A stretch of DNA of 64,000 nt from an uncultured Chloroflexia bacterium (lineage in GTDB: Bacteria > Chloroflexota > Limnocylindria > QHBO01), in NCBI GenBank assembly GCA_963783725.1, contig CAWAOJ010000002.1, positions 2,045,279-2,109,278 of the forward strand, given 5' to 3'. This document shows positions 20,922 through 30,372 of the stretch, one piece after another. The position numbers and the translations under genes were made by a program. Every line of letters starts with the position of its first letter. The stretch's first letter is position 1. Below the pieces are notes generated by a model. The model was not told where the DNA came from. It ran no database searches and saw only the letters and a program-made list of their open reading frames with translations.

Positions 20922-22024
20922 AGGTTCTCTCCGTCGTCGGCGCGCGGCCGCAGTTCGTCAAGGCGGCGCCGGTCAGCCGTGCGCTGCGCGACGACCACCA
21001 GGAGGTGCTGGTCCACACCGGCCAGCACTACGACGACGCGATGAGCGCCGCGTTCTTCCGCGACCTCGAGATGGCGCCGCCCGACGTCAACCTCGAGGTC
21101 GGCAGCGGGTCGCACGCGGCGCAGACGGCGGAGATGCTGCGCAGGCTCGAGCCGGTCGTGCTCGAGCACGAGCCGGACGCGATCCTGGTCTACGGCGACA
21201 CGAATTCGACTCTGGCAGCCGCCGTCGTCGGCAGCAAGGTCGCCTATCCCGACGGACGGCGACCGTGGATGGGGCACGTCGAGGCGGGCCTGCGGTCGTT
21301 CAACCGCGCCATGCCCGAGGAGCGCAACCGCATCGTGGCCGACCACCTCGCCGACCTGCTGCTCGCCCCGTCGGCGGCCGCGGTCGAGCACCTCGCGCGC
21401 GAGGGCCTGGCCGATCGCAGCGAGCTCGTCGGCGACGTGATGGTGGACAGCCACATGTGGGCCACGGAGCGCAGCAGCGCGCACCTTCCGCAGGAGGCGC
21501 GTCACGCGCCGGGCTATCTGCTGCTCACCCTGCACCGCGCCGAGAACGTGGACGACGCAGCGCTGCTGACGGCGTGGATGCGCGCGCTGGCCGTCGCCGA
21601 GCCGATCATCTTCCCGGCGCATCCCCGCACGCGCGCAGCGCTCGAGCGAGCGGGAATCGCGCCGCCGCCCAACGTGCGCCTCATCGAGCCGGTGGGGTAC
21701 CTCGAGATGGTCGCGCTGGAGGCGAGCGCGCGCGCGGTGCTGACCGACTCGGGCGGCGTGCAGAAGGAGGCGTATCTCTCGAGAGTGCCGTGCCTCACCC
21801 TTCGCGGCGAGACGGAGTGGGTCGAGACCGTGGCCGCGGGATGGAACCGTCTGGTCGGGCCGGGTGAGGGCGAGCTGGCATCCGCGCTGAGCGACGACGA
21901 ATTCATGCGCCGTGATCGCCCGCGCCCCGAGCTCTACGGCGACGGCCGCGCCGCGTCGCGTATCGTGGCAGCGCTCGAACGACAGCAGATGCGGCGGCAG
22001 CGCCGTCCGGAGGTGGTGGCTTGA
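20918..22024 (+). CDS. wecB: Non-hydrolysing UDP-GlcNAc(-derivative) 2-epimerase (WecB/WbpI-like).
   Basis: [17 protein letters not shown] and DSGG.QKE motifs. The GTG start overlaps the upstream stop (GTGA). Confidence 0.85.
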   Translation: MKVLSVVGARPQFVKAAPVSRALRDDHQEVLVHTGQHYDDAMSAAFFRDLEMAPPDVNLEVGSGSHAAQTAEMLRRLEPVVLEHEPDAILVYGDTNSTLAAAVVGSKVAYPDGRRPWMGHVEAGLRSFNRAMPEERNRIVADHLADLLLAPSAAAVEHLAREGLADRSELVGDVMVDSHMWATERSSAHLPQEARHAPGYLLLTLHRAENVDDAALLTAWMRALAVAEPIIFPAHPRTRAALERAGIAPPPNVRLIEPVGYLEMVALEASARAVLTDSGGVQKEAYLSRVPCLTLRGETEWVETVAAGWNRLVGPGEGELASALSDDEFMRRDRPRPELYGDGRAASRIVAALERQQMRRQRRPEVVA

Positions 22025-23124
22025 TCCCGATCGCGCGCCCGCAGATGGGCGAAGAGGAGAAGGAGATGGTGGCGCGCACGCTCGACTCGGGCGTGCTGGC
22101 GCAGGGGCCGCGCGTGGCCGAGCTCGAGGCCGCCTTCGCGGCCTTCGTGGGCGTGCCGCACGCCATCGCCACCTCGTCGGGGACGACCGCGCTGCACCTG
22201 GCGCTGCTCGGCTACGGCATCGGTCCCGGGGACGAGGTCATCACCGTCCCGTTCACCTTCATCGCCAGCGCCAACTCCATCCTGTACACGGGAGCGCGCC
22301 CGGTCTTCGTCGACATCGACGAGGCGAGCTTCGACATGGATCCCGCACTGATCGAGGCGGCGATCACGCCGCGCACCAAGGGGATCATGCCGGTCAGCCT
22401 GTACGGCAACCCGGCCGACATGCCGCGCATCACCGAGATCGCCGGGCGCCACGGCCTGGTGGTGATCGAGGACGCGGCACAGGCGCACGGCGCGGCCATC
22501 GACGGCCGGCGGTCGGGCAGCTGGGGCGCCGGGGCCTTCAGCTTCTACCCGACCAAGAACATGACCACCGGCGAGGGCGGGATGGTCACCACCGCCGACG
22601 CCGCGCTGGCCGAGCGGGTTCACCTGCTGCGCGAGCACGGCATGAAGGTGCGCTACCACCACGACATCCTGGGCTACAACTTCCGCATGACCGATGTGCA
22701 CGCCGCGATCGGGCTCGCCCAGCTGCCGAAGCTGGCGGCCAACAACGCGCGTCGGATCGAGATCGCGGAGCGCTACGGGCGCGAGCTGCGCGGCGTGATC
22801 ACGCCGAGCGTGCGTCCCGGCGTGACGCACGTCTTCCACCAGTACACGATCCGGGTCAACCGCCGCGACGAGTTCGCCGAACGGCTGCGCCAGCGCGGCG
22901 TCGGGACGGGCATCTTCTACCCGATCCCGGTGCACCACCAGAAGCCGTTCATCGAGCTCGGCTACGGCGACCAGTCGTACCCGGTCACCGAGCGGCTGAC
23001 GGAGCAGGTGATCTCGATCCCGGTGCATCCCACGCTCAGCGACGACGAGGTCGCGGCGGTGATCGCGGCGGTGAACGAGACGGCGATCGCGCTCGGTCCC
23101 CTGGCCGCCGCGGTGAGCGCATGA
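22021..23124 (+). CDS. DegT/DnrJ/EryC1-family PLP-dependent sugar aminotransferase (WbpE-like).
   Basis: The N-terminus [19 protein letters not shown] and the SSGTTALHLAL block match the family. TTG start with a TTGA overlap. Confidence 0.8.
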   Translation: MIPIARPQMGEEEKEMVARTLDSGVLAQGPRVAELEAAFAAFVGVPHAIATSSGTTALHLALLGYGIGPGDEVITVPFTFIASANSILYTGARPVFVDIDEASFDMDPALIEAAITPRTKGIMPVSLYGNPADMPRITEIAGRHGLVVIEDAAQAHGAAIDGRRSGSWGAGAFSFYPTKNMTTGEGGMVTTADAALAERVHLLREHGMKVRYHHDILGYNFRMTDVHAAIGLAQLPKLAANNARRIEIAERYGRELRGVITPSVRPGVTHVFHQYTIRVNRRDEFAERLRQRGVGTGIFYPIPVHHQKPFIELGYGDQSYPVTERLTEQVISIPVHPTLSDDEVAAVIAAVNETAIALGPLAAAVSA

Positions 23125-24170
23125 GGGACGGCCGCCGGCTGCGCGCCGGCGTGGTGGGGCTGGGCATGATGGGACGCAACCACGTCCGCGTCTACGACGA
23201 GCTGCTCGACGACGTGGAGCTGGTCGCGGTGGCCGACGCCTCGCCGGAGGCCGTGACGCGCGCCACCGCCGGTCGCGCGGCGCGTGGCTACACCGACGCC
23301 GGGCGCATGTTCGCGGAGGAGGAGCTGGACCTGGTGAGCGTGGTGGTGCCGACGTCGCTGCACCTGCCGCTCACCCTGGCGGCGCTCGACGCCGGGGCGC
23401 ACGTCCTGGTCGAGAAGCCGATCGCCGGCCGCCGCGACGAGGCGGAGAAGATGATCGAGGCGGCGCAGGCGGCAGGACGGATCCTCAGCGTCGGCCACAT
23501 CGAGCGCTTCAACCCGGCCATCCGCGAACTCAAGCGCCGCCTGGAGGCGGGTGAGCTCGGCCGGCTGTTCCAGATCAAGGCGACGCGGCTGGGGCCGTTT
23601 CCGGCGCGGATTCGCGACGTGGGGGTCGTGATCGACCTCGCGCCGCACGACCTCGACATCATGCGCTACCTGATCGGCAGCGACCCGGTGCGGCTCTACG
23701 CCGAGACGGAGCAGCGCATCCACACCGATCACGAGGACCTTTTCAGCGGCATCCTCAAGTTCGCCAACGGGGTCATCGGCGTGCTCGACATCAACTGGCT
23801 CACGCCGACCAAGCAGCGAACGCTGTCGGTGACCGGCGAGCGCGGGATGTACGTCGCCGACTACATCGGCCAGGACCTGGTCTTCTTCGCCAACCCGGAC
23901 GCCACGCACACCTGGCGCAACCCTGGCGCCTCGGCCGCCTCGCCGGTCAACTCGGTCGCCGAGGGCGAGATGACGCGTCGCTACGTCAAGCGCGAGGAGC
24001 CGCTGGCGGTGGAGCTCAGCGAGTTCGCGCGTGCCGCTCGGTCGGGCGGCCCGCCGCCGGTCGATCCGCACGACGCCATGGTCGCCCTGCTGCTGTCGCA
24101 GAAGATGGTCGAGGCGGGCGAGACGGGCCGCGTCATCGACGGCGCGGCCCTGGCGGAGGCGCTGGCATGA
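23121..24170 (+). CDS. Gfo/Idh/MocA-family NAD-dependent sugar 3-dehydrogenase (WbpB-like).
   Basis: GVVGLGMMGRNH Rossmann motif and an EKP...GHIERFNP block. ATGA overlap at the start. Confidence 0.8.
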   Translation: MRDGRRLRAGVVGLGMMGRNHVRVYDELLDDVELVAVADASPEAVTRATAGRAARGYTDAGRMFAEEELDLVSVVVPTSLHLPLTLAALDAGAHVLVEKPIAGRRDEAEKMIEAAQAAGRILSVGHIERFNPAIRELKRRLEAGELGRLFQIKATRLGPFPARIRDVGVVIDLAPHDLDIMRYLIGSDPVRLYAETEQRIHTDHEDLFSGILKFANGVIGVLDINWLTPTKQRTLSVTGERGMYVADYIGQDLVFFANPDATHTWRNPGASAASPVNSVAEGEMTRRYVKREEPLAVELSEFARAARSGGPPPVDPHDAMVALLLSQKMVEAGETGRVIDGAALAEALA

Positions 24171-25447
24171 GGATCGCGGTGGTGGGGCTGGGACACATCG
24201 GCCTGCCGCTGGCGGTGCAGTACGCCAGCCGCGGCCACCAGGTCGTGGGCTGCGACACCGCCGCCTGGATCGTCGAATCCATCAACCGCGGCGAGTCGCC
24301 GCATGACGACGAGCAGGCGCTGGTCGAGCGGGTGCCGCAGCTCGTCGCAGCGGGCAACCTGCGCGCGACGACCGACGACGCCGAGGGCGTCCGCGGGGCC
24401 GAGGCGGTGGTCGTCATCGTGCCAGTGGTGGTGGACGCGCAGCGCGAGATCGACTTTCGGCCCATCGACGCCGCGACGCGCGACATCGCGGCCGGGCTCC
24501 AGCCGGGAACGCTGGTGGTGTACGAGACGACACTGCCGGTCGGCACCACGCGCGACCGCTTCGGACCGATGCTGGCCGAGGGCAGCGGCCTGGAGCGCGA
24601 CGGAGACTTCTTCCTCGCCTTCTCCCCGGAGCGGGTGCTGGTCGGCCGCGTCTTCACTGACCTTCGGCGCTACCCGAAGATCGTGGGCGGGACGAGCGAC
24701 GAGAGCACGCGACGCGCGACCGAGTTCTATCGGTCCGTGCTCGACGAGGGCACCGACGTGTGGGCCGTCGCGAACGCGGAGACCGCGGAGATGACCAAGC
24801 TGGCCGAGACGACCTACCGCGACGTCAACATCGCCTATGCCAACGAGCTGGCCCGCTACGCCGCGAAGCGCGGCATCGACGTGCTGGAGGTCATCGGCGC
24901 GGCGAACTCGCAGCCGTACAGCCACATCCACCAGCCGGGCGTGGGCGTCGGCGGTCACTGCATCCCGGTCTACCCGCACTTCCTGTTCAACGGCGACCCC
25001 TCGCTGCGCATCCCGCCCCTGGCGCGGGAGATCAACGAGGAGATGGCGGCCTGGACGGTGGACGCGGTGGAGGACGTGGTCGGATCGCTCGACGGCGTGC
25101 CGGTGCTCGTGCTCGGCGTCGCGTACCGGGCCGACGTGCGCGAGGACGCCTTCTCGAGCGCCTTCCGGCTGCGCGACGAGCTGCTCGCGGCGGGTGCCAC
25201 CGTCTACGGCCACGATCCGTACTTCGACGCGCAGCACCTGCGCTCGCTGGGCTTCGAGCCGTACGACCTGGCCGATCCGGCCCCCGCCAGGGTGGCCATC
25301 CTGCAGGCCGGCCACGAGGCATATCGGCAGCTCGACCCGGGTGCCATCCCGCGCCTGGAGCTCTTCGTCGACGGGCGCAACGCCCTCGACCCCGCGCCGT
25401 TCGAGGCCGCCGGGGTGCGCTACCTGGGCGTGGGTCACCGCAGCTGA
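24167..25447 (+). CDS. UDP-N-acetyl-D-glucosamine/mannosamine 6-dehydrogenase (WbpA/WecC family).
   Basis: MRIAVVGLGHIGLPLA N-terminus and the UDP-glucose/GDP-mannose dehydrogenase family architecture. ATGA overlap at the start. Confidence 0.8.
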   Translation: MRIAVVGLGHIGLPLAVQYASRGHQVVGCDTAAWIVESINRGESPHDDEQALVERVPQLVAAGNLRATTDDAEGVRGAEAVVVIVPVVVDAQREIDFRPIDAATRDIAAGLQPGTLVVYETTLPVGTTRDRFGPMLAEGSGLERDGDFFLAFSPERVLVGRVFTDLRRYPKIVGGTSDESTRRATEFYRSVLDEGTDVWAVANAETAEMTKLAETTYRDVNIAYANELARYAAKRGIDVLEVIGAANSQPYSHIHQPGVGVGGHCIPVYPHFLFNGDPSLRIPPLAREINEEMAAWTVDAVEDVVGSLDGVPVLVLGVAYRADVREDAFSSAFRLRDELLAAGATVYGHDPYFDAQHLRSLGFEPYDLADPAPARVAILQAGHEAYRQLDPGAIPRLELFVDGRNALDPAPFEAAGVRYLGVGHRS

Positions 25448-25457
25448 GCCGATCGCG

Positions 25458-26231
25458 GTGACGCAGGTCGAGGAGGCGCCCAGCGTGGGACTGGCGGCCG
25501 GCCGGGGAGTGTGGGTGGTGCTGCCCACCTACAACGAGCGCGAGAACCTGCAGCTCGTCAGCCGTGCCATCCTCGAGTCGCTGCCGCAGGCCAACCTGCT
25601 CGTCGTCGATGACGACTCGCCCGACGGGACGGGGGCGCTCGCCGACGAGCTTGCGCACCTCGAGCCGCGCGTCAGCGTCCTGCATCGGCCGCGCAAGCAG
25701 GGCCTGGGCGCCGCGTACCGCGAGGGGTTCCGCTGGGTGCTCGATCGGCCAGACGTCCGCGCGGTGGTGCAGATGGACGCCGACTTCAGCCACGACCCCG
25801 ACGACCTGCCGCGCCTGCTGTCTCCGCTCATGCGCGAGGCGGACCTGGTGCTCGGCACGCGCTACGTGCGCGGCGGCGCGACCGTCGGCTGGCCGCTCCA
25901 TCGGCGCCTGATCAGCCGGGCCGGGACATTGTTCGCGCGCACCGTGCTGCTGCTGCCCTACCGAGATCTGACCGGCGGCTTCAAGGCGTGGCGCCGCGAG
26001 CTGCTGGAGTCGATCCGCCTGCGCGAGGCGGCGGCCTCGGGCTACGGCTTCCAGATCGAGACGACGTGGTGGGCGCACCGCCGCGGCGCGACGATCGTGC
26101 AGGTGCCCATCGTCTTTCGCGAGCGCGTGGCGGGGCACTCCAAGATGAACTCGGGCATCGTGCGCGAGGCGCTGCTGATGGTGCTTCGCCTGCGCTGGGA
26201 CGCCGTGCGCGGCCGAGCGCCGCGGGCATGA
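25458..26231 (+). CDS. GT2 polyprenyl-phosphate sugar synthase (Ppm1/DPM1-like).
   Basis: VVLPTYNERENL, VVDDDSPDGTG, DADFSHDP and the C-terminal FKAW motifs. The GTG start is tentative; an alternative is 25485. Confidence 0.7.
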   Translation: MTQVEEAPSVGLAAGRGVWVVLPTYNERENLQLVSRAILESLPQANLLVVDDDSPDGTGALADELAHLEPRVSVLHRPRKQGLGAAYREGFRWVLDRPDVRAVVQMDADFSHDPDDLPRLLSPLMREADLVLGTRYVRGGATVGWPLHRRLISRAGTLFARTVLLLPYRDLTGGFKAWRRELLESIRLREAAASGYGFQIETTWWAHRRGATIVQVPIVFRERVAGHSKMNSGIVREALLMVLRLRWDAVRGRAPRA

Positions 26232-26319
26232 TGTGCGTTGGCGCGCGCCGGACGCATCGGCTAGCATGCAGCTTCGCCCAGGAGGTCACCTGTCCTCCGG
26301 CGCTGCCTTGTAGCTGAGC

Positions 26320-28083
26320 ATGTCCTTCCGCAACCGTTCCGTCCTCAATCGCAAGCATCGTCCCCGCTGGCAGGACGAGCTGCGCAGCCAGCAGCTCATC
26401 GTCGCCGGCTTCGCCGTGGCCATCGCGCTCGCCCTCGGCATCTTCGGCGCCACGGTCTGGAACAGCTACTACGACGCGCACCTGCGACAGATCGCCCTGG
26501 TCGGCGACGCGTCGCTGGATCGCGATGCGCTCGGCACCCGCCAGCGCGCAATGGCGGCAGAGCTCAACGCCAAGGGCGTCGACCTGCAGTCGCAGCAGGG
26601 CGGGGCCCGCGACGCGGTGATCAAGCAGCAGCTGGACGTCGTCAGCGGCCAGCTGCAGACGCTCGCCAGCGACGCCACCACGTCCCTCGTGGACGGCACC
26701 TTCATGCGCGAGCGCGCGGCGGCGGCCGGGATCTCCGTCAGCGACGCGGAGATCGACGCCGAAGTCAAGGCGCGCCAGGACCTGCCGCGCCGCCTCAAGC
26801 TGCTCAGCATCTCGATCTCGGCCCTGCCGGCCGACGCGAAGGGCGGGACGACGCCGACCGACGCTCAGTGGAGCGCCGCGCAGAAGGAGGCGAACGACGT
26901 GCTCGCCCAGCTGCGAGCGGGCGGTGACTTCGCTGCGCTGGCCAAGGCGCACTCGAATGATGCCGCCACCAAGGACAACGGCGGGCTGATCGGCTGGGTG
27001 CAGGCCGCCGACGCGACGTACGGCAAGCAGTTCGACGCCGCGAAGGCCGCCAAGGTGGGCGACCTGGTAGGACCGGTCAAGACCGATGCGGGTTATCAGA
27101 TCCTGCGCGTCGACGACGAGCGCAAGGGCGGGTCCGACCCGGTCTTCAAGTCGCTGCTCACCGGCGCGGGCATCGGCGAGGACGCGTATCGCAGCTACAT
27201 CCACGACGAGCTGCTGCGCCGCAAGTTCACCGACTACTTCGGGGCGAGCGTGGTCAAGGCCAACCAGCCGCAGCGCAAGATCGCCCAGATCCTGATCGCC
27301 CCCGACGACCAGGGCGTGCCGGTGCCGAAGCTGCACCTGCGCCACATCCTCGTCCAGCCGCTTCCCGGCGCCAGCGACCAGAGCAAGGCCACCCCCGCGC
27401 AGTGGGCGGCCGCGCTCGAGAAGGCGAAGAAGATCCGCGTCGAGGCGGCCAAGCCCGATGCGGACTGGTACGCGCTCGCCAAGCAGAGCGACGACCAGGC
27501 GAACGCCACCCGCGCCGGAGACCTCGGCTGGTACGACCCCGCCACGTCCACCTTCGTCAAGGAGTTCAAGGACGCGGTGCGCACGCTGCGCGTCGGCCAG
27601 GTCAGCCAGCCGGTGAAGACCTCATTCGGCTACCACATCATCAAGGTCGTCGGCGAGCGCCTGCGCGCTGCCGACCAGGCCGAGCAGCTGATCACCCAGC
27701 TCAAGAAGGACCCCGGCAGCTTCGCCGCGCTGGCGCGTGACAACAGCGAGGACAGCGGCACCGCCGCCAAGGGCGGCGAGGTCGGCTGGGTCGCCCACTA
27801 CGAGCTGCCCGCGGAGCAGGACCAGGCGGTCTTCGCGCTCACCAAGAAGGACCAGATCAGCGACCCGGTCGTCACCAGCACCGGTACGTACATCTACAAG
27901 CTGCTCGACAGCAGTGACAGCATGCCGGTCTCGGATGCCCGGCAGGCGCAGATCAAGCAGAACGGGTTCCCGCGCTGGCTCGACGAGCAGAAGAAGTCGG
28001 CCAACATCTGGGTCGATCCGCAATACGCCTCGACCTCCTCGAGCACGGCCAGCAGCGGCTCCGGCGTCAGCACCGGCGGTTGA
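26320..28083 (+). CDS. Membrane-anchored SurA/PrsA-like peptidyl-prolyl cis-trans isomerase with two parvulin domains.
   Basis: An N-terminal TM segment and two PpiC-type blocks (GYQILRV..., FGYHIIKV...). Confidence 0.7.
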   Translation: MSFRNRSVLNRKHRPRWQDELRSQQLIVAGFAVAIALALGIFGATVWNSYYDAHLRQIALVGDASLDRDALGTRQRAMAAELNAKGVDLQSQQGGARDAVIKQQLDVVSGQLQTLASDATTSLVDGTFMRERAAAAGISVSDAEIDAEVKARQDLPRRLKLLSISISALPADAKGGTTPTDAQWSAAQKEANDVLAQLRAGGDFAALAKAHSNDAATKDNGGLIGWVQAADATYGKQFDAAKAAKVGDLVGPVKTDAGYQILRVDDERKGGSDPVFKSLLTGAGIGEDAYRSYIHDELLRRKFTDYFGASVVKANQPQRKIAQILIAPDDQGVPVPKLHLRHILVQPLPGASDQSKATPAQWAAALEKAKKIRVEAAKPDADWYALAKQSDDQANATRAGDLGWYDPATSTFVKEFKDAVRTLRVGQVSQPVKTSFGYHIIKVVGERLRAADQAEQLITQLKKDPGSFAALARDNSEDSGTAAKGGEVGWVAHYELPAEQDQAVFALTKKDQISDPVVTSTGTYIYKLLDSSDSMPVSDARQAQIKQNGFPRWLDEQKKSANIWVDPQYASTSSSTASSGSGVSTGG

Positions 28084-28090
28084 GGGCCGC

Positions 28091-29191
28091 GTGGCAGTAC
28101 CCGCGCGCACGGTTGACGAGCTGCTGGCGGCCGCCGGCGTCGATCCCGCCGACGGCGTGCAGCTGGCATCGGCGAGTCGGCTGCCGGGCCTCGCCTTCGA
28201 CCCGGCCCTGCCGCTCCTCATCTTCGCCTCCGACGAGCCGCCGTCGGACGCGCTCCCCGGGCGTCACGCGCGCAGCGGCCCGCTCGAGGTGCTGGACGCC
28301 CTCTACCCGCCCGCGCACCGGCTTCGAAGGCTGGACTCGGGCGACGAGGTCGCGCTGCAGGACCTGACCGATGCGGACCTCGCCGCGCACGACTGGCTCG
28401 TCCCGGCGCTGCCCGCCCTCGAGAACCTTGCCTCTCCGCACGGCATGGCGGCCATCAGCGCGCGCCTGCGCGCTCCCGACGGCTGTCCCTGGGACCGGCG
28501 CCAAACGCACGCCACGCTGCGGCCGTTCGTGCTGGAGGAGGCGTACGAGACCGTCGACGCCATCGAGAACGGCGCGCCGGCGGACCTCGCCCAGGAGCTC
28601 GGCGACCTGCTGCTGCAGATCATCCTGCATGCCCAGCTCGCCGCCGAGGCGGGCGAGTTCGACCTCACCGACGTCTACCGCTCCATCGGCGCCAAGATCG
28701 TGCGACGCCACCCGCACGTCTTCGGCGAGGTCGAGGTGAGCGGCGTCGAGCAGGTGCTCGCCAACTGGGAGACGATCAAGGCCGCCGAGCGCAGCGACGC
28801 CGGACAGGATGCGGGCCCCTTCGCCGGGGTCGCGCGGGCGCTGCCCGCCCTTGCGGCCAGTCGCGAGATCCAGGAGCGCGCGGCGGCGCTGGGCTGGGAC
28901 TGGCCCTCGGTCGAGGGCGTGTGGGACAAGGTGCGCGAGGAGCTGGGAGAGCTGGCCGCCGCCGAGGACCCCGCCGCGCGCCTGCACGAGCTGGGTGACG
29001 TCCTGTTCGTGCTGGTCAACCTGGCGCGCTGGCTGAGGCTCGATCCCGAGGAGTCGCTGCGAGCGGCGAACCATCGCTGGATCCGGCGCTTCGAGGCGGT
29101 CGAGTCCCTCGCGGTCGAGCGCGGCGACGACCCGCGCGCGCTGAGCGCGGAGGCGCGCGACGAGCTGTGGGAGGCGGTGAAGGACCGATGA
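28091..29191 (+). CDS. mazG: MazG-family nucleoside triphosphate pyrophosphohydrolase with an N-terminal extension.
   Basis: Tandem MazG EExxE blocks (VLEEAYE..., ELGDLLLQ..., ELGDVLFVLV...). GTG start inferred. Confidence 0.75.
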   Translation: MAVPARTVDELLAAAGVDPADGVQLASASRLPGLAFDPALPLLIFASDEPPSDALPGRHARSGPLEVLDALYPPAHRLRRLDSGDEVALQDLTDADLAAHDWLVPALPALENLASPHGMAAISARLRAPDGCPWDRRQTHATLRPFVLEEAYETVDAIENGAPADLAQELGDLLLQIILHAQLAAEAGEFDLTDVYRSIGAKIVRRHPHVFGEVEVSGVEQVLANWETIKAAERSDAGQDAGPFAGVARALPALAASREIQERAAALGWDWPSVEGVWDKVREELGELAAAEDPAARLHELGDVLFVLVNLARWLRLDPEESLRAANHRWIRRFEAVESLAVERGDDPRALSAEARDELWEAVKDR

Positions 29192-30366
29192 GCGGCGAGC
29201 GAATCGCCATCGTGGTGCACGCCGTCTTTCCCGGCGACCCGCGAATCCATCGCCAGACCGATGCGCTGCTGGCGGCCGGGCACGAGGTGGATGTCTTCTG
29301 CCTGCGCGAGCCGGGCGAGCCGGCCCGGGAGGTCGACGGCGCGCTGCGCATCGTGCGGCTGCCGGTGACGCGCAGCTTCATGGGCTTTGCGGGCCACATG
29401 GCGGAGTACCTCGCCTTCGCCGGCATGGCGGCCGTCCGACTCACGGCCGAGCAGCGCCGGCGTCACTATCGGCTGGTGCAGGTGGCCACCGTCCCGGACT
29501 TCCTGGTCTTCTCGGCCGCAGCCCTCAGGCTCGCCGGCGTTCCGCTGCTGCTCGACCTTCACGAGGACATGCCCGAGTTCTTCCGCGACCGATTCGCGCA
29601 TCCGCTGCTGCGGCCGCTGCTGCCGCTCGTCAGCGGAGCCGCGCGCGCATCGGCCGCCGTGGCCGACGCGATCATCACCGTCCACGAGCCGCTGCGCCAG
29701 CTGTCGATCGCCCGCGGCGTGCCGCCGGACAAGATCAGCGTGGTCATGAACAGCGCCGACGACGCGCTCTTCGATCCGAGCCGCCACGCGCGCCGCGCGT
29801 TCATGGCCGACGGCGAGCTGCGGGTCATCCATCACAGCAACCTGCAGCGCATCTACGGCCTCGACATCGCGGTCGAGGCGGTCGCCATGCTGCGCGACGA
29901 GCTCCCCCTGCGGCTCGACGTCTACGGCGACGGGCCGTTCCGTCCCGACGTCGAGGCCGCCATCGCACGCACCGGGACCGCGGACCGGGTCCACCTCAAC
30001 GGCCGCGTCCCGCTGGTCGACCTGCCGGCGCTCATCGCCGGATCGGACGTCGGCATCGTGCCGTCGCGCGACGAGCCGTACCTGCGCTACTCGCTCTCGA
30101 CCAAGCTGCTCGAGTACGCCGCCATGGGCATCCCGATCGTCGCCTCGGACCTCGCCACGTTCCGCAGCCACTTCACCGACGACGCGCTCTTCTACGTTCC
30201 CGGCGGCGACCCCGCCGCGCTGGCTGCCACGTTGCGGACGGTCGCAGCCGACGCCGAGGCGGCGGCGCGACGTGGAGCCGAGGCGCGCCGGCAGGCAGCC
30301 GCCTACGCCTGGGCCGAGCAGCGCGCCGCCTACCTCTCGGTGGTCGAGGGGTTGCTCAGCCGCTGA
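29188..30366 (+). CDS. GT4-family glycosyltransferase.
   Basis: GT4 fold blocks, including a C-terminal E..KLLEY.AMG.PIVASD block. ATGA overlap with mazG. Confidence 0.75.
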   Translation: MSGERIAIVVHAVFPGDPRIHRQTDALLAAGHEVDVFCLREPGEPAREVDGALRIVRLPVTRSFMGFAGHMAEYLAFAGMAAVRLTAEQRRRHYRLVQVATVPDFLVFSAAALRLAGVPLLLDLHEDMPEFFRDRFAHPLLRPLLPLVSGAARASAAVADAIITVHEPLRQLSIARGVPPDKISVVMNSADDALFDPSRHARRAFMADGELRVIHHSNLQRIYGLDIAVEAVAMLRDELPLRLDVYGDGPFRPDVEAAIARTGTADRVHLNGRVPLVDLPALIAGSDVGIVPSRDEPYLRYSLSTKLLEYAAMGIPIVASDLATFRSHFTDDALFYVPGGDPAALAATLRTVAADAEAAARRGAEARRQAAAYAWAEQRAAYLSVVEGLLSR

Positions 30367-30372
30367 GGCTGC

